From assembly GCF_006345805.1 (NCBI RefSeq), contig NC_043015.1:28334001-28398000 (forward strand): DNA of 64,000 nt. Direction: 5' to 3'. This stretch comes from Octopus sinensis. Taxonomy: Eukaryota. The notes below the pieces were generated by a model. That model worked only from the letters and a program-made list of their open reading frames with translations, searched no databases and was not told where the DNA came from. The position numbers and the translations under genes are program-made. Positions 11,838-24,507 of this stretch are shown piece after piece (position 1 is the first letter of the stretch; each line of letters starts with the position of its first letter).

Positions 11838-12250
11838 TCATCATCATCGTTTAACGTCCGCTTTCCATGCTAGCATGGGTTGGACGGTTCAATTGGGGTC
11901 TGGGAAGCCAGGAGGCTGCACCAGGCCCAGTCTGATCTGGCGGTGTTTCTACAGCTGGATGCCCTTCCTAACGCCAACCACTCCGAGAGTGTAGTGGGTG
12001 CTTTTTATGTGCCACCTGCACAGGTGCCAGACGAGGCTGGCAAATGGCCACGATTGGATGGTGCTTTTTACGTGCCACTGGCACGGAGGCCAGTTGGGGT
12101 GGCGCTGGCAACGGCCATGTTCGGACGGTTCTCTTACGTAGCACCGGCACTGGTATCTCAGCTACTATTTCCATTGATGTTGAAAGATTTTGATTTTGAT
12201 TTTGATTTTCACTTGCCTCAACAGGTCTTCACAAGTAGGGTTTGTGTCAC
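11838..12250 (-). mobile_element. Family C
   Basis: (CAT)n tail and two 62-bp-type units. Confidence 0.85.
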
Positions 12251-12927
12251 AAAATGGAAGAGATAAATTGGTACAAGGCACTAGACCAGCTATCTTGGAC
12301 TCCTTGAGCCATGGCAGCTCAGGTAGGGGACTGACTAGGGTTATTGGGGGTTGAGTTTAATGAATGCAATGGAGAGGTGTGTGAAGGTTGTGGTTAGGAG
12401 GCAGGTCATGCGAGGGAGGGATAAAGCAATAGGGAGATGAGGTGTACATTTATAAGCTGAACTGGACTCAATCTCATCACTGTTTTTATCAGGTTTGCAG
12501 TAATGTTAAAGGGCCGTTTGGCTCACCTTATAATTTTAACTTACTGTATCTAGCCTCTTTTATCAGACTCTTGTGATGTAAGCTCCTGTAACATTCAAGC
12601 CTACCTTTAAGTTGGGTCAATGACCTGGTACCAGTTGTTTGCTTGTTTATACCTTTATACCTTTATACACGTACCTGCATGCCAAGCTTCATTAGATGGC
12701 AATAACATCCTTGCTTTTTTTTTTTAGTTGCAGTTGATTAGGCAGCAAGTCAGTCTCTTTGTACCTATTATCTTATGCCATTTGATATATTACCTGAATT
12801 TCATATATTTATATATATATAAATATATGAATATATATATTATATATATATATAATATATATATATACACAATACATATATATATATATATATATATACA
12901 ATATATATAGATATATACATATATTAT

Positions 12928-12980
<53 letters not shown>

Positions 12981-13015
12981 TGTGTGTGTGTGGTGTGTGT
13001 ATGTATGTATGTAAT

Positions 13016-13393
13016 AGGTGCAGGAGTGGCTGTGGGGTAAGTAGCTTGCTTACCAACCACATGGTTCCAGGTTCAGTCCCGCTGCGTGGCACCTTGTGCA
13101 AGTGTCTTCTACTATAGCCTCGGGCCGACCAAAGCCTTGTGAGTGGATTTGGTAGACGGAAACTGAAAGAAGCCCGTCGTATATATGTATATATATGTGT
13201 ATGTGTTTGTGCGTGTCTGTGTTTGTCCCCCACCCAACATCGCTTGACAACCGATGCTGGTGTGTTTACGTCCCTGTAACTTAGCGGTTTGGCAAAAGAA
13301 TCTGATAGAATAAGTACTAGGCTTACAATGAATAAGTTCTAGGGTCGATTTGCTCGACTAAAGGCGGTGCTCCAGCATGGCCACAGTCACATG
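13016..13393 (+). mobile_element. SINE-B
   Basis: Matches B consensus. Confidence 0.85.
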
Positions 13394-13752
13394 ACTGAAA
13401 CAAGTAAAAGAGAATATATATATATAATTCTCTTTTAACTTACTGTATAACTTATTCTTTGTAAGCCTAGTATTTATTCTATCGGATTCTTTTGCCAAAC
13501 CGCTAAGTTACAGGGACGTAAACACACCAGCATCGGTTGTCATATATATATATATATATAATTGTCATCATCATTTAACATCCATTTTCCATGCTGGCAT
13601 GGGATGGATGGCTTGACGGGAGCTGGCCGGGTTCCATGTCTGTTTGGGCATAGTTTCTACAGACATTAAAACCCAGGCAGTTTTTCAGCTGGTCTGACCC
13701 TGTCAAACGATCCAACCCATGCCAGGCTTATGTATTATCGACCACACGTACT

Positions 13753-14152
13753 CAGGTGCAGGAGTGGATGTGTTGTAAGTAGCTTTTTTTACCAACCACA
13801 TGGTTCCAGGTTCAGTCCCACTGCGTAGCACCTTGGGCAAGTGTCTTCTACTATAGCCTCGGGCCGACCAAAGCCTTGTGAGTGGATTTGGTAGACGGAA
13901 ACTGAAAGAAGCCCATCGTATATATGTATATATATATATATAATATATATATGCGTGTATGTGTTTGTCCCCCTAGCATTGCTTGACAACCGATGCTGGT
14001 GTGTTTATGTTCCCCGTTACCTAGCGGTTCGGCAAAAGAGACCGATAGAATAAGTACTGGGCTTACAAAAGAATAAGTTCCGGGGTCGAGTTGCTCGATT
14101 AAAGGCGGTGCTCCAGCATGGCCGCAGTCAAATGACTGAAACAAGTAAAAAA
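13753..14152 (+). mobile_element. SINE-B
   Basis: Matches B consensus. Confidence 0.85.
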
Positions 14153-14590
14153 GTATATGTGCTCTGCTTGTTTGCCAGTACACCGCGGTTTAGCGCATTG
14201 GGGATGAATTCCTCAAAGCACTGGGGTGTTAAGACACTTGAATGTCATATACAGGTGAGACAACGGATTAACGACGTTTCAATTGATTTCAGTGGGGGAA
14301 AATTGATTCGACATACGAGTCAATTTGAGTTACGAGCTCCGTCACAGAACAAATTAAACTCAAAAGCAACACTGTATTCCTAAAATTCCTGTTATTCCGT
14401 ATCTGGACGGAATTGGTTTATGCAGCTATGTTAGAAATGCTACGTAAAATACTACTACACATTATTTCTGTTGAGTTCTGGTTCACAGAGCGGAAAGGTA
14501 GATGCCCTCGACGTGTATTTAACCTGTGACTTTGATCTGGTTTACCATACCTGTCTGTCTGCCTGTCAGTCAGTCTGTCTGCCTATCCAC

Positions 14591-14631
<41 letters not shown>

Positions 14632-14785
14632 CACACGTGCACACACTCTGTTTTAATGGCCATCATTAAAGGCGCCCGTGTTTCACATATATTTATCATG
14701 TTGTTTGCACCCGAGTGAAGAAATCGATATCTCGCACCTCACGTGACATCTGCTGATTTTGTGCAACCTCCTCATAATAAAAATC

Positions 14786-14800
14786 GACTCACCTGAGCTT
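14786..14800 (-). promoter_or_regulatory. Candidate splice donor (first exon of a leftward gene)
   Basis: Minus strand ctcag|gtgagt; intron would start at 14792; lies in CpG-containing, transposon-poor sequence. Confidence 0.3.
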
Positions 14801-15024
14801 GTTTTTACATAATGTGTGAATGAGTGCGCGCACATGTATGGATGCGTATTTATATCTACATAGATATAAATAGACAGAGAGAGAAACATAGATAGTCGCA
14901 CATGTACACGCACACACAGAGTTGAATAACCGTCTCGTACCATTTTTCTTTTATTATACCCAAGTGCAAGATTTTCGTGTTATGATACTGACGATAGTGT
15001 GAATGTGCGCGGGTATTTGTGTGT

Positions 15025-15348
15025 CAGGTCGACTTTGCCTTTCATCCTTTCGGCGGGTCGATTAAATAAGTACCAGTTACGCACTGGGGTTCGATGTAAT
15101 CGACACTTAATACCTATGTCTGTCCATGTTTGTCCCCTCTATTTTTAGCCCCTTGTGGGTAGTAAAGAAATAGGTATTTCGTCTGCCTTTACGTTCTGAG
15201 TTCAAATTCCGCCGAGGTCGACTTTACCTTTCATCCTTTCGGGGTCGATTAAATAAGTACCAGTTACGCATTGGGGATCGATGTAATCGACTTAATACCT
15301 ATGTCTGTCCCCTCTATGTTTAGCCCCTTGTGGGTAGTAAAGAAATAG
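15025..15348 (+). mobile_element. SINE-A, 5'-truncated, two bodies
   Basis: Junction aaagaaatag|gtatttcg near 15173. Confidence 0.85.
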
Positions 15349-16307
15349 CTACGTGTGTTTGGCTGGGTGTATTTCTATATGCGGGTACATATGGGCTGGA
15401 ATATGCAAACGTGTGTGCGATTTGTATAGATATGTAGTTCTCTGTTTTGTATATGCATGTTACATATATGTTACTTGTTTTCGAAGCCAGAGGCCTTTAT
15501 TTGTTTGTATGTATGTATGTATATGTGCTTCGTTTATTAAGCATATATCCGTCCGTCTAGTATTAAAAGCAGTGGGTCGCAAACACGCCTGGGATATTAT
15601 TATGTCCCCTGCTCAATTTTATCTGCCGGTTATTGTCATATAGAAATTCTTCGCCCCGAGTTTAGTTACCTTATAGCACAAACACACACAGAGAAATGGC
15701 ATAAAACAATGCTTTGTATGAATGTCAGATATTGTAAAAGTACGTAGTTATGTCTAATTTATTTCCCCAAATACACACGTTTATTGGAGAATGTGAGTAG
15801 AATTCTAAAGCGAGCATATATAAATTATATCTCTAGTTAATTTCTTTCGAAGTGTTGTCGGCGCTATCGGTTAACCTTATTTAAGTAAAAGAAATAGTAA
15901 AAAAGCAATTAACACCTCCACCATCATCATCGTCATCACCATTATCGTCGTCGTCATAATTGATTTATACTGTCAGTATCTGGTAGTACCCCCCATTAAC
16001 CACCCTCCCTGCTAATTTATTCTTTCTTCCTTTCTTTTTTTTTAGCGTGTGGTATGTTGTTTTCTTTTCTTTTGTTACCTTTCCAAAAGGTAAATTGATA
16101 AAAGTCTAGGTGACTTCAAGGTGAATAACTCTTGTTCTCACACGCACCTGCATACATACATACACGCACTTGTGTCTGTGTGTGTGTGTGTCTGTGTGTT
16201 ACGAGCCAAATCAGGGAATCGCTTGTTTTTTCTACTTGGTTGCTCAACCTGCTAAAGATAGCTATCAAACCTTCTTCAAATCATATTTTACCGCCTTAAA
16301 CCGGAAA

Positions 16308-16320
16308 AGGACACGTAAGT
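16308..16320 (+). promoter_or_regulatory. Candidate splice donor (first exon of a rightward gene)
   Basis: ggacac|gtaagt with GT at 16315. Confidence 0.3.
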
Positions 16321-17172
16321 CTTCTTCTATCTCTTGCTACGTAGACAGAACGATCGTTGATGGAACCTTTTTTTAATTGCATTTTTTTGCACAGTCTGGG
16401 TTGACTCGGGGACGTCCTCAATAACTCTTTTCTATATCTTCGCCTTTTTCTTATTTTTAGAATATATTTTTACCCTCTCAGACACTACGGTTCGTATGGA
16501 TATTAGTGGGGGTCGTAAAAAAACCCCCAATAACAATAAGAAGAATAACCTTTGCTCTAGAATGTATTCAGTAAGCAACAACTGATTCCCACATACTTTT
16601 TCTACTTCATATGAAGCTTGTTTAAAGGGGATATGTCAAATACCTTTTGGCTACAAATTGGCAGGAAGCCCCATTCTTCCTCTTCAGAGTTATTTAGGTT
16701 GCTAGATGCTTCATCTAATTTATTACCGTGTAAACACAGACACAAAAACGTATTGTTATAATTATTCTAAGTTGTAAATATTTTGGCTGGTGTGTGTGTG
16801 TATGTTTATATCGAACTATTTTTAAGTTTGTTTTTATTTTTAGTTCCCGTTTTTGTTTTTCTTTATAATAGCAGTAATCACTTTTTACTGTTGTCTGTGC
16901 GCGCGCATATGTATGTGTTCATGTGTGTGTGTGAAAACATACGTGCAAAACAAGGTGAAATGAAGCACTCCGATACCAAAGGTAGAACATGTGTACACAC
17001 AAACACATATATAATCACACACGAGCACATAGGGACGTATATAAGTTTATCTACCACGAAAATCTGTCTATCTATCTATCTGTCTGTCTGTCAGTCATTA
17101 CTAATCAATACAAGTAGTAGTAGTAAAGAAGAAATAAAGTGGAAAATGTACAGAAGGCGTATAAGGAAATTT

Positions 17173-17709
17173 GGATCTTTTCGGTTTGAACGGCAGTTTT
17201 TCCAGCGGTGTCATATGAAATTGTCACCCATAATTATGATCCTAGTATCGATCTATTGCATTTCAATCTGTTTTAGGGTTATGGTTAGGGGTGGGGGAAA
17301 GGGTATCTTTTTTTCTTCACAAATGTAAATAAACCCAATCTGTTTCTTAAACGAGGGATATATTCATACGGCACAGAATGTTTTTTTTTACCTCAATAGA
17401 GGTCATTGATTGGTTGAAATTGCAGAAATTGAAGAAAAAAAAAACCCAACAAATATCTTACAAACTATAGAATTTTCTCAATAAAGCCAAAAGAAAAAGA
17501 TGTTTTATAAACACATTCTACCAGTATACGAAGTTTAAATTTTTTTAGTTACCCGGAAATTATGTTAAAAACTGCCGTTCAAACCGAAAAGATCCTCCCT
17601 AACTCTAAAACAGATTGAAATGCAATAGATCGATACTAGGGTCATAATTATGGGTGACAATTTCATATGACACCGCTAGAAAAAACTGCCGTTCAAACTG
17701 AAAAGATCT
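17173..17709. mobile_element. Composite MITE with GG termini, unclassified
   Basis: TIR ggatcttttcggtttgaacggcagtttt; internal end at 17595; extra inverted ~110-bp end to 17709; 8-bp TSD ggaaattt at 17165-17172 and 17710-17717. Confidence 0.85.
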
Positions 17710-17738
17710 GGAAATTTATTCATATTTACTGTTAATAC

Positions 17739-17853
17739 ACTTAACTGGTTTTTGATTTGTATGATTTTCAAAAGTACGAGTTTCAAGGAACAGCTCCGTG
17801 TCCCTACATTCCTACACTTTTGAAAAATCATACAAATGCAAAACTGGTTAAGT
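17739..17853. repeat. Imperfect inverted repeat, ~37-bp arms
   Basis: acttaactggtttttgatttgtatgattttcaaaagt versus acttttgaaaaatcatacaaatgcaaaactggttaagt. Confidence 0.75.
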
Positions 17854-17855
17854 TT

Positions 17856-17887
<32 letters not shown>

Positions 17888-18240
17888 TTAGCGTCTGCCT
17901 TCCATGCTAGCATGGGTTGAACAGTTCAACTGGGGTCTGGGAAGCCAGAAGGCTGCACCAGGCTCCAGTCTGATCTGGCAATGTTTCTACAGCTGGATGC
18001 CCTTCCTAATGCCAACCACTCCGTGAGTGTAGTGGGTGCTTTTTACGTGCCACCGGCACAGGTGCCAGGCGGGGCTGGCAAACGGCCACGGTCAGATGGT
18101 ACTTTTTACGTGCCACCGGCATGGAGGCCAGTCGGGGCGGCGCTGGCAACGGCCACGATTGGATGGTTCGCTTACGTGCCACCGGCACTGGTATCACAGC
18201 TGCAATTCCCATTGATGTTGATCGACTTCGATTTTGCTTC
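17856..18240 (-). mobile_element. Family C
   Basis: (CAT)n tail and C body. Confidence 0.85.
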
Positions 18241-18573
18241 TGATTTATATTAATATAAATAAATCTTCCTATCCATCCTGTGTGCTTTTTCAACTTCATT
18301 CATTTTTTTTGTACACACTCTCTTCTCTCTCTTTCTCTCATGCACACATACACAATCTTTTTGCTTCATAAGCTAGTGTGGGCTTTTTATCTTTTGATAA
18401 CAAACAAAAAGAGTCCTAAGTAGGCTTCAAGAGGTCTTCATAACTGCCACATTCAGATTAAAACTTTATGTTCATCAAGAAAAGGGCTCAAACAGATAGA
18501 TTATTAATCCCATACCAATTAGTATAATCATGGAAGACTTTCAGTTTGTACATCTCATAAAATAGTATCACAT

Positions 18574-18810
18574 CTGACAGGCCTAGTGGTTAGAGCAGTG
18601 GAATCGCGGTCGAGGGATCGCGGGTTCGAATCTCAGACCGGGCGATGTGTGTGTTTATGAGCGAAACACCTAAGCTCCACGCAGCTCTGGCAGAAGGTAA
18701 TGCCGAACTTCTGCTGACTCTTTCGCCACAACTTTCTCTCACTCTTTCCTCCTGCATCTTGCAGCTCACCTGCGATGGACTGGTGTCCCGTCCAGGTGGG
18801 GAACCTATAT
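18574..18810 (+). mobile_element. SINE-D-related copy
   Basis: tRNA-like head ggcctagtggttagagcag..gggttcgaatc; body shared with 27906-28289; different 3' end gcgatggactggtgtcccgtccagg. Confidence 0.7.
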
Positions 18811-19270
18811 ATTTCTTTATTGTCCACAAGGGGCTAAACATAGAGGGGACAAACAAGGACAGACAGAGGGATTAAGTTGATTAGATCAACCCCAGTGTGA
18901 AACTGGTACTTTGTTTATTTGACCCCGAAAGGATGAAAGGCAAAGTTGACCTCAGCGGAATTTGAACTCAGAACGTAATCATCATCACCATTTAGCGTTC
19001 GCTTTCCATGCTAGCATGGGTTGGATGGTTCAACTGGGGTCTGGGAAGCCAGAAGGCTGCATCAGGCCCAGTCTGATCTGGCAGTGTTTCTACGGCTGGA
19101 TGCCCTACCTAACGCCAACCACTCCGTGAGTGTAGTGGGTGCTTTTTACGTGCCACCCGCACAGGTGCCAGACGGAGCTGGCAAACGGCCACGAACGAAT
19201 GGTGCTTTTACGTGCCAGACAAAATACGGCTACGCATTTCGCCCAGCTTACTAACGATTCTGCCAGCTCG
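18811..19270 (-). mobile_element. SINE-A split by a family C insertion (18978-19215)
   Basis: A body at 18811-18977 and A head at about 19216-19270 flank a C copy. Confidence 0.7.
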
Positions 19271-20026
19271 CATGCCAAGGAAACCTGGAAACCAGCCCTT
19301 ATGAGCCAGGCATGGCTCGAAAAGAAACAATCTGACAGGCTGTAATGCCTTCTTTACATTCAACTTCATAATGGCCTTTGGCTATTAGCTCTAGTTAATA
19401 AATTGGCTTGTTGTATAAACAACAGCCTCACAATCTAGTGATGTGCTCATTCACAACTGAGAGGAAATACTTGGAGAGGCTTGAATCGCAAAGATAGAAA
19501 TTTATTTGCTTTCAAGTTTTTCACTTGCTGCTGTAAACACCTTACCTTAGGGTTATGAGTTCAAATCCTTCTGGGTATTTTATATTGACTTATATAGTCA
19601 AAACTGATGTATTCCTTTTGTTTTTTGCCTCTTGTCAAAATTACTTATGGTTTATATTTCTTGCAATCACAGTGAATAAGAATAAGCATTGGAGATAATC
19701 TACTTTATTAATATTCTTGTGTTTTTCTCCGTCGCAACATATGAATGAGAAAGGAAGGGGTGATGGGTGAACTTGGTAGTGGGACGATAGAAGTTCTATG
19801 TTGAAAAAAAAAGATCAGTGTTTCAACTCTGTGTGAGTATATGTGTGAAAAGGAGTCATGTGACTGTTTGTGTGTGTGTGTGTGTGCAATGGAAGTGGGA
19901 TGGTGAACATTCATCGCTGGAAAGAAAAGTCAAACAGTGTTTCAACTCTGCGTGAGTATATGTGTACAAGGGAAGTATATTATGAATGTTTGTATCTGTG
20001 ATTATTATGTACCTTATTTCGTAGCT

Positions 20027-20067
<41 letters not shown>

Positions 20068-20357
20068 CTACTATTAGCTGTCATTTAGCTAGTAAATTTA
20101 TAAATTCCTAAGCTGAAAAAAAAAACATGCCAGCATGGAAGGCGGGCATTAGACGATGATGATGATGGTGATGATGATACATTGTCCCCTGCACCCCCTC
20201 CCAAAAAAGTACGCCTTTGTTTCTTTTTCAAGTTCAAGAAGATGTGAAGCTGAGGTGGGAGGAGTCAGTTATTTTTTTTTTATTTATATCAGAACCCTTG
20301 TCTTAAAAAGAATTAATGATTCTTGAATTAGGTTTTGGATTGTGAAGAGCACACACA

Positions 20358-20392
<35 letters not shown>

Positions 20393-20519
20393 ATATATAT
20401 ATTTATGAATGTATATATGTATATATATATGTATGTATATATGTGTATATATATATATGTATGTATATATATGTGTATATATATATCTATATATATATAT
20501 ATATGTATATTATATATAA

Positions 20520-20803
20520 TCATCATCATATCATCATCATCATCATCATTTAGCGTCCGTTTTCCATGCTAGCATGGGTTGGACGTTTCTACTGGGGTCT
20601 GTGAAGCCAGAAGGCTTCATCAGGCCCAGTAAATCTGGCAGTTTTCTACGGCTGGATGCCCTTCCTAACGCCAACCACTCCGTGAGTGTAGTGGGTGCTT
20701 TTTACGTGCCACCCGCACTGGTGCCAGACAGTATATGTATATATATATGTATATATATATATGTATATAATATATATGTATATATATATGTATATATATA
20801 TAT

Positions 20804-20835
<32 letters not shown>

Positions 20836-21020
20836 TTAGCGTCCGTTTTCCATGCTAGCATGGGTTGGACGGTTCTACTGGGGTCTGTGAAGCCAGAAGG
20901 CTTCATCAGGCCCAGTCAAATCTGGCAGTGTTTCTACGGCTGGATGCCCTTCCTAACGCCAACCACTCCGTGAGTGTAGTGGGTGCTTTTTACGTGCCAC
21001 CGCACTGGTGCCAGACAGTA
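20520..21020 (-). mobile_element. Two tandem near-identical family C copies
   Basis: 20520-20730 and 20805-21020, separated by (TA)n; share diagnostic variants with 21299-21500. Confidence 0.8.
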
Positions 21021-21298
21021 TATGTATATATATATGTATATATATATATGTATATATATATATATGTATATATATGTATATATGTATATATATATGTGTA
21101 TATATGTATGTATATTATATATATATATTATTATATATATATATTATATATAAAAGATGAGTGTATTTTACCTTGTTACAATTAACACGGATAAATGAAT
21201 GAATAAGTATCAGTGGAATTTTTGAAACATATGTAGAAAGAAAAAATACTTGTTTAAACCTGCGTTAACTCCATTTTTTATTCCTATATATATATATA

Positions 21299-21894
21299 TC
21301 ATCATCATCATCATCATCATTTAGCGTCCGTTTTCCATGCTAGCATGGGTTGGACGGTTCTACTGGGGTCTGTGAAGCCAGAAGGCTTCATCAGGCCCAG
21401 TCAAATCTGGCAGTGTTTCTACGGCTGGATGCCCTTCCCAACGCCAACCACTCCGTGAGTGTAGTGGGTGCTTTTTACGTGCCACCCGCACTGGTGCCAG
21501 ACACGAGCTGGCAAACGGCCACGAACGGATGGTGCTTTTTATGTGCCACCGGCACGAGGGCCAGGCGAGGCTGGCAACGGACACGAAACGGGGCGGTGCT
21601 GGCAACGGTCGCGAAACGGAAAGTTCTCTTACATGCCACCGGCACTGGTAACACATCTGCAATTTCCATTGATCGATTTCGATTCTGATCCTCACTTGCC
21701 TCAACACGTCTTAACAAGTAGAGTTTTGTGTCCCAAGAAGGGAAGGTATGCATACGTAGGCTGGCTCCATCCCATGTAGAAGGCCACGGGTTGTGGACTC
21801 ACTTGTCCTGCCGGGTCTTCTCGCGCACAGCACACTTCCAGAGGTCTCGTTCTCTAGTCATTTCCTCAGTGAGACCTAAAGTTCGAAGGTCGTG
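21299..21894 (-). mobile_element. RTE LINE 3' end: ORF2 C-terminus plus 3' UTR
   Basis: 21894-21799 translates HDLRTLGLTEEMTRERDLWKCAVREKTRQDK*, then the family C sequence and TGA-repeat tail. Confidence 0.85.
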
Positions 21895-22090
21895 CGCCAC
21901 CCCACTGGCTAAGCGAGCAGGCCAACAGAAGAAAGAGTGGGAGAAAGAGTGGTGAAAGAGTACAGCAGGGATCACCACCCCCTGCTGGAGCCTCGTGGAG
22001 CTTTTAGGTGTTTTCGCTCAATAAACACTCACAACGCCCGGTCTGGGAATCAAAACCGCGATCCTGTATATATATATATATATATATATA

Positions 22091-22400
22091 CATGGCACAT
22101 AAAAACACCATCCGAGCGTGGCCGTCTGCCAGCCTCGTCTGGCACCTGTGTCGGTGGCACATAAAAAACACCATCCGAGCGTGGCCGTTTGCCAGCCTCG
22201 TCTGGCACCTGTGTCGGTGGCACATAAAATCACCCACTACACTCTCGGAGTGGTTGGCGTTAGGAAGGGCATCCAGCTGTAGAAACACTGCCAGATCTGA
22301 CTGGACTGGTGCAGCTTTCGGGCTCCCCAGACCCCAGTTGAACCGTCCAACCCATGCTAGCATGGAAAGCGGACGTTAAATGATGATGATGATGATGATG
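22091..22400 (+). mobile_element. Family C
   Basis: Ends ggacgttaaatgatgatgatg. Confidence 0.85.
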
Positions 22401-22491
22401 ATACATATATATATATATATATATATAATATATATATATACATATATATATATAATGTATGTATGTATGTATATATATATATATATGTATG

Positions 22492-22564
<73 letters not shown>

Positions 22565-22974
22565 TATATATACATACACACACATATTTCAGTGCCTTTA
22601 GAAGGGTGTCTAGATGTGTTTTATGTTTCAGTGGTGGCGGGGGGTGGGTGGTGGTGAAAGATTGATGATGGTTTGGGTCTTGTAGCAGACAGATAAAGAG
22701 AATAACTTATGACTATTCTCTATTTTTAAACATTTTTCTCCCTGCTGTGTTGCAAATCCGTCTGTGAAACAAAACTTCTTGCGTCTCAGCAGGAGAGAAG
22801 ATTACTGATTTAGCCAGTTGCTCATTAACGTATGGTGTTCAAAGATGCTGAGGTCAGTTTTGCTTTCCTCTCTTCTCAGAACCCAATCAAATAAGTGATA
22901 GCCAAATGTTGGGGTCAGTTTCTTTAATTAAGTCCTTGCTCCCTAAATCTGTGACCCTGTGCCTATGATAGCTG

Positions 22975-23385
22975 GTATAATTGTTAGCACCCTGGGTGAA
23001 ATGCTTAGCAGTATTTCGTCTGCCACTACGATCTGAGTTCAAATTTCGCCAAGGTTGATTTTTGCCTTTCATCCTTTCAGGGTCGATTAAATAAGTACCG
23101 GTTACGCACTGGGGATCGACATAATCGACTTAATCCATTTCTTTGTCCTTGTTTGTCCCTTCTGTGTTTAGCTCCTCGTGGGTAGTAAAGAAATAGGTAT
23201 TTCGTCTGCTGCTACGTTCTGAGTTCAAATTCCGCCGAGGTTGACTTTGCCTTTTATCCTTTCGGGGTCGATTAAATAAGTACCAGTTACGCACTGGGGT
23301 CGAGATAATCGACTTAATCCGTTTCTTTGTCCTTGTTTGTCCCTTCTGTGTTTAGCCCCATGTGGGTAGTAAAGAAATAGGTATA
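22975..23385 (+). mobile_element. SINE-A dimer
   Basis: Two bodies, ends aaagaaataggtat. Confidence 0.85.
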
Positions 23386-23663
23386 ATATAAGTTATGTAG
23401 ATTGTAAACTCAGCAATGAAATCGTATCCCAAATTATATTTAGAAAATATAGGTACAGAAATGGCAGTGTGGTTAAGAATTTGCTTTCTTACAACATGGT
23501 TGTGGGTTCAGTCCCACTACATGTCCTCCAGGCTGACCATAGCCTTGTGAGTGAATTTGGTAGATGAGAACTGAAAGAAGCTGTGTGTGTATATAAGCAA
23601 TGTTTGGATTTATTTGTTGTACATGAAGGATTAAGACGGATGTTTATTCTGTTTGAATTTATT

Positions 23664-23986
23664 GAAATGCAATAAGAGCCTTCCAAATAGGAAAGCCTCG
23701 TGCTAGAAAGAGCCGTAGAAAACTCAAAACCACCAAATAAGGATAAATTTTTGAAAGGAATGAAAATTAAAACGTTTACCATTTCAGTTTTTTCCCAGAC
23801 CATGGTTTCTAACTATTTCCAGCAAAAAAATATTTGCTGAAGGCCATGATCTGGGAAATAACTGAGATGGTAAACGTTTTTAATTTTCACTCCTTTCGGA
23901 AATTTATCCTTATTTGGTGGTTTTGAGTTTTCTACTGCTCTTTCTAGCACGAGGCTTTCCTATTTGGAAGCCTCTTGATGTATTTC
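23664..23986. mobile_element. Foldback element or MITE-like palindrome
   Basis: Arms of about 130-140 bp with few mismatches (aagagccttccaaataggaaagcctcgtgctagaaag ... ctttctagcacgaggctttcctatttggaagcctctt) around a short spacer. Confidence 0.8.
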
Positions 23987-24071
23987 TATGTGAATAATAT
24001 ATAGTCTAATGACGAATTCATTTTTGTGCTAGGCCACTGGTAATAATAATTTCTTATTACCCTATTATTAT

Positions 24072-24133
<62 letters not shown>

Positions 24134-24507
24134 AATATAGATGGTAGGGTATGATTTGAGGGAGATTTACCAGCTGTTTCTAGCAGGTCAAGGAACCACA
24201 AAGACTAGAGCTAACCTGCGATGAAAAAAAAACAGTTCAGAGTTTCCATGGTTCCTCAGTAGCTTTAAATGGTGTGATGTTATAATGAACTATAGCGATA
24301 CGTGGGAGTGTGTTCATAAAAGCATGTCAGTCACCAACATAATTGACAAAATGATTTTTAAATGGTCAGATAATGCTAATAGCTTATTTATCACTGCTTG
24401 AATGTCTGGAAATAGCTACAGATAATAATGGCTTGATTGCGATTGTCTGACTAATGACAGTTAAGCCAGTCAGGAAAAAAAATGTTTTTCAATTTCATAC
24501 AAATTAA

